64,000 nt of DNA from Chloroflexota bacterium (lineage in GTDB: Bacteria > Chloroflexota > UBA11872 > VXOZ01), in assembly GCA_963662335.2 (NCBI GenBank), contig CAXXVD010000002.1, positions 416,001-480,000 of the forward strand. The letters run 5' to 3'. The notes beneath the pieces were generated by a model. That model saw only the letters and a program-made list of their open reading frames with translations. It was not told the DNA's origin and did not search any database. Positions 32,315 to 41,032 of this stretch are shown in pieces (position 1 is the first letter of the stretch; every line of letters begins with the position of its first letter). The translations under genes and the position numbers were made by a program.

Positions 32315-32510
32315 TTCGCAAGATTGTGGTAATGACAGTCAAGAGGCCGCCAAAGATGGCGATGCACAGTATGAGAATGACATGGACTTCCCACTGCGTT
32401 CTTGCCACTACCTTGTTGGTAGCTTCGATCATGCCCTTAGCCTCGGCCACGCTCTCCTTTGTAGCCAAATACTCGCACGTACGTTCGACAATCGCGATCC
32501 TCTCGTCTAG
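32307..32510 (-). pseudogene. Small coiled-coil plus TM protein, 5' end cut by IS5
   Basis: EYLATKE motif and C-terminal TM helix; the reading frame runs into the IS5 end at 32511. Confidence 0.55.
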
Positions 32511-33731
32511 GGAAGGTCTGAACAAGTCGGTTTTAGCCAGGGAAGTAGTGGTGCGGGATTGTGGTGGTCATTTGAGGAGTGTTTTGGCGATTGAGCGGGG
32601 CTGTTTTGCCCCACTGTGGGCGCTGCTGGGAGCGTTTTTTGCTCCCGCTCGTGTTTTGGGCGCACTACGCCTGTGTCAGGCCACCAAGCGGGGTGCGGTC
32701 GTGGCCAGGTTGGCCAGTCCCAGCAGCAGCGCCAGCCGTTGCGTGTATTTGTGCAGGCCCCGGTAGCGCACCGTGGCGTAGCTGTCTTCGACAAGGTCGC
32801 CGAAGCGCCGCTTCACCCAGAGGAACGGATGTTCTACCTTGGCCCTGACCGACGCTTTGCGCTGCTCTGCCAGCGCCGCCGCGCTCCCTGCCGTCAGCCA
32901 CCGCCGCTGCCCAGGCCGCAGCGCCACCTGCCAGACCACCGCGCGCCCCTGATGTTCCGGCCGCTTCTGCACGCCTATGTACCCCGCGTCTCCCCAGACC
33001 TCCTGCTCCGCCCCGTGCAGCAACACCGCCGCTTGCGTGATGTCGTGCACGTTGGCCGACGTGGTGGCAAGACTATGCACCACCCCCGTCGCCGCGTCTG
33101 CCCCAATGTGCAACTTCATCCCGAAATGCCACTCGTTCCCCTTCTTCACCTGTCGCATCTCCGGATCCCGCTCCCCCGCAAGGTTCTTCGTCGATGTCGG
33201 CGCCGCGATAATCGTCGCGTCCACCACCGTCCCCTCCCGCAGCCGCAACCCCTGTGCCGCCAGATGCCCGTTGATCTCCGCCAGCAACCGCTCGCCCAAC
33301 CGGTGCTTCTCCAACAAGTGCCGAAAGTGCAGGATCGTCGTCTCGTCCGGCAACGCGTCCCGCAGCCGCAACCCCACGAACCGCCGCACCGGTTCCACCT
33401 CGTACAGCATGTCCTCCATCCCAGGGTCGCTCAGGTTGTAGAACAACTGCACACAGTGGATCCGCGACCTTGTCGAAGACAGCAGCATCACCGACAAGGG
33501 ATACGGCGGCCGCCCCCGTCCCGCTTTGGGATAGAACGGCGCTATGCACGCCTCCAACTCCGCCCACGGGATCAAGCCGTCCATGTGCTCCAAGAACTTC
33601 TCCCGACGCGTCTTGCGCTTCTTATGCGTGTACTCCATCTCCGCAAACGACTGCTGCTCCATCACCTTACTCCTCCACTCGCGGCATTTCCTTGGTATCA
33701 TAGGTATGCCACGTACTTGTTCAGAGGTTCC
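32511..33731 (-). mobile_element. IS5-family (IS5 subgroup) insertion sequence
   Basis: IRs ggaaggtctgaacaagt and (reverse complement) ggaacctctgaacaagt; flanks CTAG and TTAG fit a YTAR target but are not identical. Confidence 0.92.
32676..33662 (-). CDS. IS5 transposase carrying two 6-aa insertions
   Basis: QQSFAEMEY, PDETTILHFRHLLE, VDATII, HFGMKLHIG, WGDAGY and RAKVEHPF motifs. Confidence 0.93.
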   Translation of the reverse strand: MEQQSFAEMEYTHKKRKTRREKFLEHMDGLIPWAELEACIAPFYPKAGRGRPPYPLSVMLLSSTRSRIHCVQLFYNLSDPGMEDMLYEVEPVRRFVGLRLRDALPDETTILHFRHLLEKHRLGERLLAEINGHLAAQGLRLREGTVVDATIIAAPTSTKNLAGERDPEMRQVKKGNEWHFGMKLHIGADAATGVVHSLATTSANVHDITQAAVLLHGAEQEVWGDAGYIGVQKRPEHQGRAVVWQVALRPGQRRWLTAGSAAALAEQRKASVRAKVEHPFLWVKRRFGDLVEDSYATVRYRGLHKYTQRLALLLGLANLATTAPRLVA

Positions 33732-33837
33732 TTAGATTCCTCGCTGCGCTCGGAATGACATTTACTTGCCCCTGTCAGCCCTCACCCCGGCCCCAGGGAG
33801 AGGGAGTTTCTTAGCGGTACCAAGCGCTTGGGCGTTG

Positions 33838-34725
33838 TCAGCGGGAGACGGGGATGCCGGTCGTATGCAGGCGGATGCGGTAGAGGCTCGTGCGGGCGGT
33901 GACGTAGAGCGTGCGCAGGTCGTCATCGCCCCATGCCACGTTGGCGGGTTGCTCGTCGCCGATGATGCGTCCGAGCACGTGCCCGGCCGGATTCATCACC
34001 CAGATGCCGCCCGGCCCGGTGCAAAATACGTTGCCGTTGGTATCCACCTTCATGCCGTCGGGACTGCCTTCGTCGTTGGAGGTCATGTCCGTCCACAGGC
34101 GGCCGTCCGCCAGCGCGCCGTCGGCCTTGACCGTGAACGCGCGGATGTGACGGCGGCGGCTGTCGTCGATATAGAGCGTCTGCTCGTCGGGCGCCAAGGC
34201 AAGGCCGTTCGGGCGGTCGAAGTCGTCCACCAGGAGGCGCAGCGCGCCGTCAGGCGTAATTAGATAGACGCCGCGAAAGTCCAGGTCCGGGGCCTGCCCC
34301 AAGTCTTCCACGCCGTAGGGCGGATCGGTAAAGTAGAGCGTGCCGTCGGAGCGCACGACCACGTCGTTGGGGCTGTTGAGTTTCATGCCCTGGTAGGAGT
34401 CCGCCAGGGTGACGTAACTGCCGTCGGCTTCCTGGCGGCTCACGCGGCGGCCCGAATGCTCGCACGAGATGAGGCGGCCCGCGCCGTCCAGGGTGAGGCC
34501 GTTCGCGTTGCCAGAGGGCGCGCGGTAGGTGCTTACTGAAAAGCCTTCCGGCGCCTCGCACCAGCACACCGTGCGGTTGTTGCGAATGTCGCTGAAGAGC
34601 AGACTGCCGTCGCGCCACACCGGCCCCTCGGTGAACGCGAAGCCGCCGGCCACGCGCTCCAGTTCCGCGCCGCGGGGCACGAGGTCGAAGAAGGCCGGGT
34701 TGCGTACGTCGAACGTGGTTGCCAT
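33838..34725 (-). CDS. SMP-30/gluconolactonase family protein
   Basis: FTEGPVW, LNSPNDV, YFTDPPYG, PNGL and PDGMKVD motifs. Confidence 0.93.
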   Translation of the reverse strand: MATTFDVRNPAFFDLVPRGAELERVAGGFAFTEGPVWRDGSLLFSDIRNNRTVCWCEAPEGFSVSTYRAPSGNANGLTLDGAGRLISCEHSGRRVSRQEADGSYVTLADSYQGMKLNSPNDVVVRSDGTLYFTDPPYGVEDLGQAPDLDFRGVYLITPDGALRLLVDDFDRPNGLALAPDEQTLYIDDSRRRHIRAFTVKADGALADGRLWTDMTSNDEGSPDGMKVDTNGNVFCTGPGGIWVMNPAGHVLGRIIGDEQPANVAWGDDDLRTLYVTARTSLYRIRLHTTGIPVSR

Positions 34726-34830
34726 GGTTCATTGCCTCCGGGAAGTTTCTGGCGTAGTTGTGCTGAAGTGGCGATTCTGGGCGTGGTTGTGGAGAATCGC
34801 CCTCACTCTCACCCTAACCCTCTCCCTCAA

Positions 34831-35933
34831 GGAGACCTTTGCGTAATCCTGGTTTTGGGCGAGACAGAGGCGTGCCGGGCTGGGAAGCGGGATTTTTCAG
34901 CTTCCGCCGGGGGGTGTTCTTCGCCCGTGCGTGAGTATTGAGCGGGCTCTTTGCCCCCGCGCAGGGGTCAGATTGGTGCTGTGGAGGTGCGGGAACCGGG
35001 TTCCCGCCGTCTCTGCTCTGCCTTTCTCGGTTAGGCCGCGCGTGCCAGCAACGTCTCCGCCGTCCGCAGGTTGTACGCTATCAGTTTGAACCACACCTCC
35101 ACGCCGTTGCGGCCCAGGCCGCGGTAGCGCACCCGCCGGTAGCCGTAACTCCGCTTCAGCGTGCCGAACACCCGCTTCACCACCGCCCGCACCGGCGCTA
35201 TCCGCGCGTTGCGCTCCTGCTGCCACTGCGGCAATTCCCGCTGGTGCTTGTGCGACCGGTGCATGATGCAATCGTCTATCCCCTGTGACCGCAGCCACTC
35301 TCGCCGCCGCTTGGACTCGTACGCCTTGTCTGCGTACACCGCCTCCTCGTCACCACAGACCAAGTGGTCCGCCACCTCACTCTCAGATACTTTGGCCGGC
35401 GTCAGTTCCGCCCGCCGCACCAACCCCGACCCTAAATCCATCCCCACGTGCGCCTTGTACCCATAGTGCGCTTGCCGCTTGGCCCCGCTGCGCGTCCAAT
35501 CCGCGTCCGGGTCTTTCTCCCCTTTCTGCCCTAACTCCGCTTTCACCGACGGCCGCCGCACCTGCGCTTCCACCAGCGTCGCGTCCAGCAACGTCCCGTT
35601 CTTCACCACCAACCCTCGCTCCTCAAACTGCGCTCCCAACTCCGCAAACAACGCCTCGCTCAATCCATGCTCCGCTATCTGCGCCCGAAACCGGCTCAGC
35701 GTCGAGTGATCCGGCGTCTTGTCTGCCAATCCCAACCCCACGAACCGCCGGAACGAGAGCCGATCCCGCAACATCTCCTCCATCACCGGATCCGATAGGT
35801 TGTACCACTGCTGCAACAACAACACCTTCACCATCACCAACGGCGGATAGCTTGGCCGACCCCGCTCAGACGCATAGATGCCCGACACCAACTCCCCCAT
35901 CCGCTCCCAATCCACCGCCGCCAGGATTCACGC
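34831..35933 (-). mobile_element. Second IS5-family element, 5'-truncated transposase, both ends abutting family F REPs
   Basis: End ggagacctttgcgtaatcctgg at 34831; partial inverse ccaggattcacgc at 35921. Confidence 0.7.
35031..35915 (-). pseudogene. IS5-family transposase lacking its N-terminus
   Basis: GRPSYPP, PDHSTLSRFR, LDATLV, YGYKAH and YADKAY motifs; begins at VDW, and VKRVFG replaces the catalytic VE. Confidence 0.8.
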
Positions 35934-35977
35934 TCACCCCGGCCCTCTCCCTCAGAGAGAGGGGGCAAGAGCGGCGC

Positions 35978-36796
35978 CTAGGCCTCGAGCACGTGCTCCT
36001 CAATCGCCACGGCCACGCCGTCTTCCTCGAAGGTGGCGGTCACGAAGTCCGCCGCCGCTTTCACGCGCGGGGCGCCGTTGCCCATGGCCACGCCGAAGCC
36101 GGCCGTCTGCACCAGGCTCAGGTCGTTCAGGTTATCGCCGATGCCCATCACCTGCGCCAGCGGGACGCCGAGCGCGTCGGCAAGCTGTGTCAGGGCGCGC
36201 CCCTTGTTCACGTCCGGATGAATCGCCTCGGTGTAGTAGGGGTGCGACTTGGTGATGCCCAGGCGGTCGCCAAAGTGGGCGGCGAGTTCTTCCACCAGGC
36301 GGTCTGTCTTATCCTCATCCAGGTTCACCAGCACCAGTTTGGTGGGGGGATTTTCCGCCACGAACGCCGCCAAGTCCGGTACCACGGTAGCCTCCACGTT
36401 GGCAATGCGCATGTAGACCTCCGCTTCCGGCGTCAGGGTCTCCACGTGCAGGCGGTCGTCGACGAAGGCGTTCACCTGGATGCCCCGCGCCCGCGCCAGT
36501 TCCACCACTTCAAGCGCCAGCGCCGTCGGCACGGCCAGGTGGAACGTCGTCTCGCCGCTGACCGGGTGGCGCACCAGGCCGCCCTGGTAGCAGATGAGCG
36601 GCGCGGTGATGTTTAGCTCCTGGGCAAAGGGCGCCATGGCCGCGAACATACGTCCGCTGGCAAGCGTGACCGTGACCCCTTGCGCCTGGGCCGCGGCAAT
36701 CGCCCGCTTCACCCGGGGCGAGATCGTCAGGCTATGGTCGATGAGCGTGCCGTCCAAGTCGATGGCGATCAGCCGGTAGCCGGGCTTGGCGCTCAT
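35978..36796 (-). CDS. Cof-type HAD-IIB phosphatase
   Basis: DLDGTL, ASGR, NKG and GDNLND motifs; start overlaps the nfo stop. Confidence 0.93.
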   Translation of the reverse strand: MSAKPGYRLIAIDLDGTLIDHSLTISPRVKRAIAAAQAQGVTVTLASGRMFAAMAPFAQELNITAPLICYQGGLVRHPVSGETTFHLAVPTALALEVVELARARGIQVNAFVDDRLHVETLTPEAEVYMRIANVEATVVPDLAAFVAENPPTKLVLVNLDEDKTDRLVEELAAHFGDRLGITKSHPYYTEAIHPDVNKGRALTQLADALGVPLAQVMGIGDNLNDLSLVQTAGFGVAMGNGAPRVKAAADFVTATFEEDGVAVAIEEHVLEA

Positions 36797-37629
36797 GCGC
36801 AGAGCCCCCGCACGATGTCCATGTTGGCCTGGTCGGGCCCCTTGTCGTCGAACCCAGGCACTTCCAGCACCGCGCACGTGTCCGCCAGCGCCGCGTGGTT
36901 GACGATGTAGCGGAAGGCTTCCAGGCCGATGTGGCCCTCGCCGATGTTCTCGTGGCGGTCCTTCTGGGAGTTGAAAGGCACCTTGGAGTCGTTGAGGTGG
37001 AAGGCGGCCAGGCGCTCCAGGCCGAATTCCGCGTCGATCTCCGCCAGCATGGCGTCGAACCCCTCCGGAGTCTCCACGTGGTAGCCGGAGGCGAAGGCGT
37101 GGGCGGTGTCCACGCAGAGCTTGATGCGCTCATGGCTGCCGCAGGCGCGGAGGATCGCGCCCAGGTCCGCGAAGTTCGACCCGATGTTGCCGCCGGAGCC
37201 GGCGCTGTTCTCCAGCAGCAGCGGCACGGTGTCGGAGGCCGCCAGCGCGTCGCCAATGGCGGCTTCGACGCGGGGCATGGCCTGCTCCAGGCCGTCGCCC
37301 ATGTGACTGCCGACGTGGGTGATGACGCCGGCGGCTTCGAGCAGGTCGCCCGTTTGCAGTTGGTGCGTGAGCGTCATCACCGAATTCTGGTAGTTCTGCG
37401 GTTTGGGCGAACCGGTGTTGATCAGGTATTGGGTGTGGAAGAAAGCGGGCATTGGCGTTTCCGCGTAGGCGGCCTTGTAGGCGGTCACGTGCTCGTCTTT
37501 GGGCAGCGCGCGTTGCCAGCCGCGCGGGTTGGCGCTGAAGATCTGCATGCATTCGCACCCCAGGTCCGCGGCCCGGGCAAACGAGGTGGCAATGCCGCCG
37601 GTGGTGCGCACGTGGGCGCCAAGTTGCAT
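36793..37629 (-). CDS. nfo: Endonuclease IV
   Basis: LGAHV, HTQYLIN, LLENSAG, CVDTAHAFASG, HLNDSK and DRHENIGEG motifs. Confidence 0.95.
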   Translation of the reverse strand: MQLGAHVRTTGGIATSFARAADLGCECMQIFSANPRGWQRALPKDEHVTAYKAAYAETPMPAFFHTQYLINTGSPKPQNYQNSVMTLTHQLQTGDLLEAAGVITHVGSHMGDGLEQAMPRVEAAIGDALAASDTVPLLLENSAGSGGNIGSNFADLGAILRACGSHERIKLCVDTAHAFASGYHVETPEGFDAMLAEIDAEFGLERLAAFHLNDSKVPFNSQKDRHENIGEGHIGLEAFRYIVNHAALADTCAVLEVPGFDDKGPDQANMDIVRGLCA

Positions 37630-37688
37630 GAGTTGATCCCTTCGTGAGCGTTGCTGGAAAGGGGACGAGCGGGCAGTGAACTGTGACT

Positions 37689-37697
37689 ATTATAGCA
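37689..37697 (-). promoter_or_regulatory. Putative extended -10 promoter element for nfo
   Basis: TGCTATAAT on the minus strand about 60 bp upstream of the start, in a GC-rich context. Confidence 0.5.
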
Positions 37698-38047
37698 AAG
37701 CCGGCGGCCGGGGTGGGGCTGGCGGACCGAGACGTGATGGCTTCAAGAGGCGAGGTTCCTGTCATTCCGAGCGCAGCGAGGAATCTACGCGCGCCCGCAC
37801 GAGATTCTTCGTCGCTGCGCTCCTCAGAATGACAGAGCTTGAGAAGGATGACAGCCTGAAAAGGCGCTCTGTGCATGCGCGGTGTCTACGGCCGCCGCGT
37901 GGGGTGTGTCCGCGCCTGCTCATGCCGCGCACGAGCGCCGCCGCCGTGACGCTATAATGTGGAATGTGGGCCGGCCGCCGCGACGAGCGCGCCGCGCGCG
38001 TGAATGCGGGCACGGACGGCGCAAGAGCACAGGTAAGTAGCCGACGA

Positions 38048-38192
38048 AGAGGCGGGGGACAAGCCCCCGCGCTACGACATTTGCGCAGTGGCGGGGATTG
38101 AGACCCCGTGATACGGCATATGCGCAGTGGCGGGGGCTGAGACCCCGTGATACGGCATATGCGCAGAGGCGGGGAACGAGCCCCCGCGCTAC
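38048..38192. repeat. Four tandem 39-bp units derived from REP family A, inner two diverged
   Basis: Outer units gcgggg(g)ac(a/g)agcccccgcgctac; inner units gcgggg..tgagaccccgtgatac. Confidence 0.8.
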
Positions 38193-38229
38193 GATCCGTC
38201 AGTGAATTGTGGAAGAGAGTTGCGGTCGT

Positions 38230-40680
38230 ATGCGGAATATCCTGAGCGGGCTGCTGGGCAGCCGGAGTGAGGAGGAAGCGCGGACCGCCACGCGTGCGCG
38301 GCAACGGGACGCCGGCGACTTTGGCGCGTTGCTGGGCGACCTGGGCGGCGGCGTTCTGCTCTACGAGGATGCGTTCGTCCTGGGCAGCGACGCCTACCGC
38401 CGCCGCCAGCCGCCGCTCGCGCTTGCATTGGAACGCGGCGACGAAACTGCCTACCGCGAGATTCAGAGCCAGTTCGACGGCTGGGACGGCGCGCGGAGTT
38501 TTGCGGGCGCTGTGCCGCGGGCGCGCGAGGTCTTCCGCCATTGCACGCCGCGCATGACCGCCACGCTGCGGCAGATGGCGCACGTGCTGGGCGGCGCGAG
38601 CGCGGCCAACCCTTCCCTGCTGCTCACCGGGCCCACCGGCTGCGGCAAGACCACACTGGCCAAGACCTTCTGCCACCTGGCAAACGAGCCGTGCGTGGAG
38701 ATCACGTTCAGCGGCGATACGGCGCTCAGCGACTTCTACCAATCGGTGGAGGTGGTCACCCAGGCCGGCAGCCAGGCGCACAGCACGGCCACGGTGCTCG
38801 GTCCGGCGGTGGACGCCATGCTCACCGGCAAGAAACTGCTGCTCAACGAGGTGAATATCATTCCCCAGGACCTGCTGAGCGTCTTCACCCAGGCGCTGGA
38901 CGCGCGCCAGGTGGTCCTCTCCGGCAGCGAGTGGGGGAACGTGACCGTGCCGGTGCACCCGCAGTTCGGCGTGATCGCCACCGCCAACCCCAACTACACC
39001 GGCACGCTGGAGATCGGCGTTACCTGGGAACGGCGCTTTGGCCGCGGCACGGGCAACGTGGCGCTGGACTTCCTGCCGCCGGAAGAAGAGGCCGAGGCGG
39101 TCTATCACGAGTTGCGGCGCGTGGCGGCGCTGGCGCAGGTGGGCGCGCCGCCGCCCATGGAGGCCTGCACGGCCGCGGCTGCGGTGGCGGCGGAACTGCG
39201 CAGCCACCCGGAACTCGGCGGCATCATGCGCGACCGGATTTCCACGCGCTCGTTAGTGCACTGGCTCAGCGTGTGCGGCCTCACCGGCTTTGCCATGGCC
39301 GCGGTGGCGCGGGACGCGATCTTGACGCTCGCGCCGCCTGAGGCGCGAGAGGAAGCGGCCGCGCTTGTGGGGAAACTGCTGCGCACCGTGGGCTGGCCCG
39401 CGCGGACGCAGCGCCGGGTGAGCGGCGTGCTGCTGCCGGAGATTACCGTGCCGGAGGAGAGCGTGGTCGCGCTGAGCAGTCTCGCGCCCGCGCCGACGCC
39501 CTTTGCTCAGGACGAAGAGAGCGCCCAGCGCGCCGGCGGGTTGGAGCAAGAGGTCTACCAGCCGCTCGACGGCGCCGCATCGGGCGGCCAACCGGCGCTG
39601 GCGCGCTACCAGTGCGTTCTCCCCGACGGCACGCGCTTGCGCCTGGAAGAGCCGCTCTACACCTGGGCCGGAAACCCCATGGCCCTGGGGCTGCGCCTGC
39701 GGGCGTGGGATCCAAACGGGTTCGAGATTGCGGACCCGGCGCGGCTGGAGGCGTTGGAGGCCGTCCTCGGCGCGGAATACGGCCTCACGGTGCCTAGGCC
39801 AATTGGCAACGTGCCGGCCGCCGGCGTGGCCCTGCCCTGCCTGACACGCTCCGGCTGGACGGCGCTGCGCCTGCTGGAGGCGGCGCTGGCGCTCGACCGG
39901 CCGGTGTACGTCAAAGGCCCGCCGGGCAGCGGCAAGTCGGCGCTGGTGCGCACGCTGGCCCGGCTGCGGCAGACGCCGCTGGTGGAACTCTCGTTTACGG
40001 GCGAGACCTCCAAGCACGACCTGCTGGTCAGCCGCCGCCTGCGCACGGGCGAGACCCAATGGACGGTGCAGGCCTTTCTGGAAGCGGTGCTCAAGGGCTA
40101 CCTGGTGCTGGTGAACGACTATAACCTGGCCTATTCGGACGTGCACTCCCTGCTGAATAGCCTCTTCGACAAGGGCCGGCGCATTACGCTGCCGGACGGC
40201 CGGACGGTGACGGCGCACCCGGGCTTCCGGCTGGTTGCCACCGGCCAGCCGGAAGGCCCGGGCGTGAAGCCGCTCAACGAGGGCGTGGAAAACCGCTTCG
40301 GCGCGATTCTGGAACTCGCGTATCCGTCGTCCGGCGAAGAACTGGCCATCCTGCGCAGCGTGGGGCGCGGCCTGCCCGCGCCAACCCTGCGCGCGGTGGT
40401 GGACTTCGTCGGCCAATGCCGGCGCTGGGCGGCCGGCGCGGCGCCGGAGGACCTGGCGCAGGAAACGCTCTGGCAGGACGCGGTCTCGCCGGAGTTGATC
40501 GCCGCCGTGGCGGCGGCCGGCAACTGGAGCACGGCGGAATTGGTGGCGCTGGCGCGAGAGGCGGAAGACGGCGCGGCGGTGGTGGAACGGTTCCAGGAGG
40601 GCGTGCTCTCAGCCGCCAGCCCCGCCGCCCGCCGCATCCTGGAGGCGCTGCTGCTGCAATATAACGTGACGGTAGAGTGA
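38230..40680 (+). CDS. Tandem AAA_5 (MoxR/CbbQ/midasin-like) ATPase
   Basis: Two Walker A motifs GPTGCGKT and GPPGSGKS, each followed by HPxF..ATxNP/QP and RF arginine-finger motifs; Walker B variants LLLNE and VLVND. Confidence 0.9.
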   Translation: MRNILSGLLGSRSEEEARTATRARQRDAGDFGALLGDLGGGVLLYEDAFVLGSDAYRRRQPPLALALERGDETAYREIQSQFDGWDGARSFAGAVPRAREVFRHCTPRMTATLRQMAHVLGGASAANPSLLLTGPTGCGKTTLAKTFCHLANEPCVEITFSGDTALSDFYQSVEVVTQAGSQAHSTATVLGPAVDAMLTGKKLLLNEVNIIPQDLLSVFTQALDARQVVLSGSEWGNVTVPVHPQFGVIATANPNYTGTLEIGVTWERRFGRGTGNVALDFLPPEEEAEAVYHELRRVAALAQVGAPPPMEACTAAAAVAAELRSHPELGGIMRDRISTRSLVHWLSVCGLTGFAMAAVARDAILTLAPPEAREEAAALVGKLLRTVGWPARTQRRVSGVLLPEITVPEESVVALSSLAPAPTPFAQDEESAQRAGGLEQEVYQPLDGAASGGQPALARYQCVLPDGTRLRLEEPLYTWAGNPMALGLRLRAWDPNGFEIADPARLEALEAVLGAEYGLTVPRPIGNVPAAGVALPCLTRSGWTALRLLEAALALDRPVYVKGPPGSGKSALVRTLARLRQTPLVELSFTGETSKHDLLVSRRLRTGETQWTVQAFLEAVLKGYLVLVNDYNLAYSDVHSLLNSLFDKGRRITLPDGRTVTAHPGFRLVATGQPEGPGVKPLNEGVENRFGAILELAYPSSGEELAILRSVGRGLPAPTLRAVVDFVGQCRRWAAGAAPEDLAQETLWQDAVSPELIAAVAAAGNWSTAELVALAREAEDGAAVVERFQEGVLSAASPAARRILEALLLQYNVTVE

Positions 40681-41032
40681 GCGCGGCGGTCGATCCGTAG
40701 CGCGGGGGCTTGTCCCCCGCCTCCTGCGACGCGCCGCTACCGTCGGAGTAGGGGCACGACATGTCGTGCCCCTACTCCGACGGAAAGAGAAGATGAATTC
40801 CCGCGAAGGGGAATTCACCATGATCGGACAACAGCCACATTAGAGAATGAAGATGAACCGTTCTTTGTCCGTCATTCCCGCGAAAGCGGTAATCCATCTT
40901 CGCCGCGCCCGCAGTGGATTACCGCTTTCGCGGGAATGACGGATACCATCGCGCTACATTCATCGTATTTGCGAAATCGTAGCGCGGGGGCTTGTCCCCC
41001 GCAGCAGCGGGAGCGCGGCACGAGAGCAAGGC

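Noticed and set aside
29808-36000. Genomic island integrated at tRNA-Arg
   Set aside because: No integrase and no duplicated tRNA 3' end were seen, and the IS-rich stretch lies on the 5' side of the tRNA.
40163-40174. tcttcgacaagg matching 12 bases of the 16-bp transposase insert
   Set aside because: It encodes LFDKG at an expected AAA_5 position, with no GC duplication or sign of insertion; probably chance.
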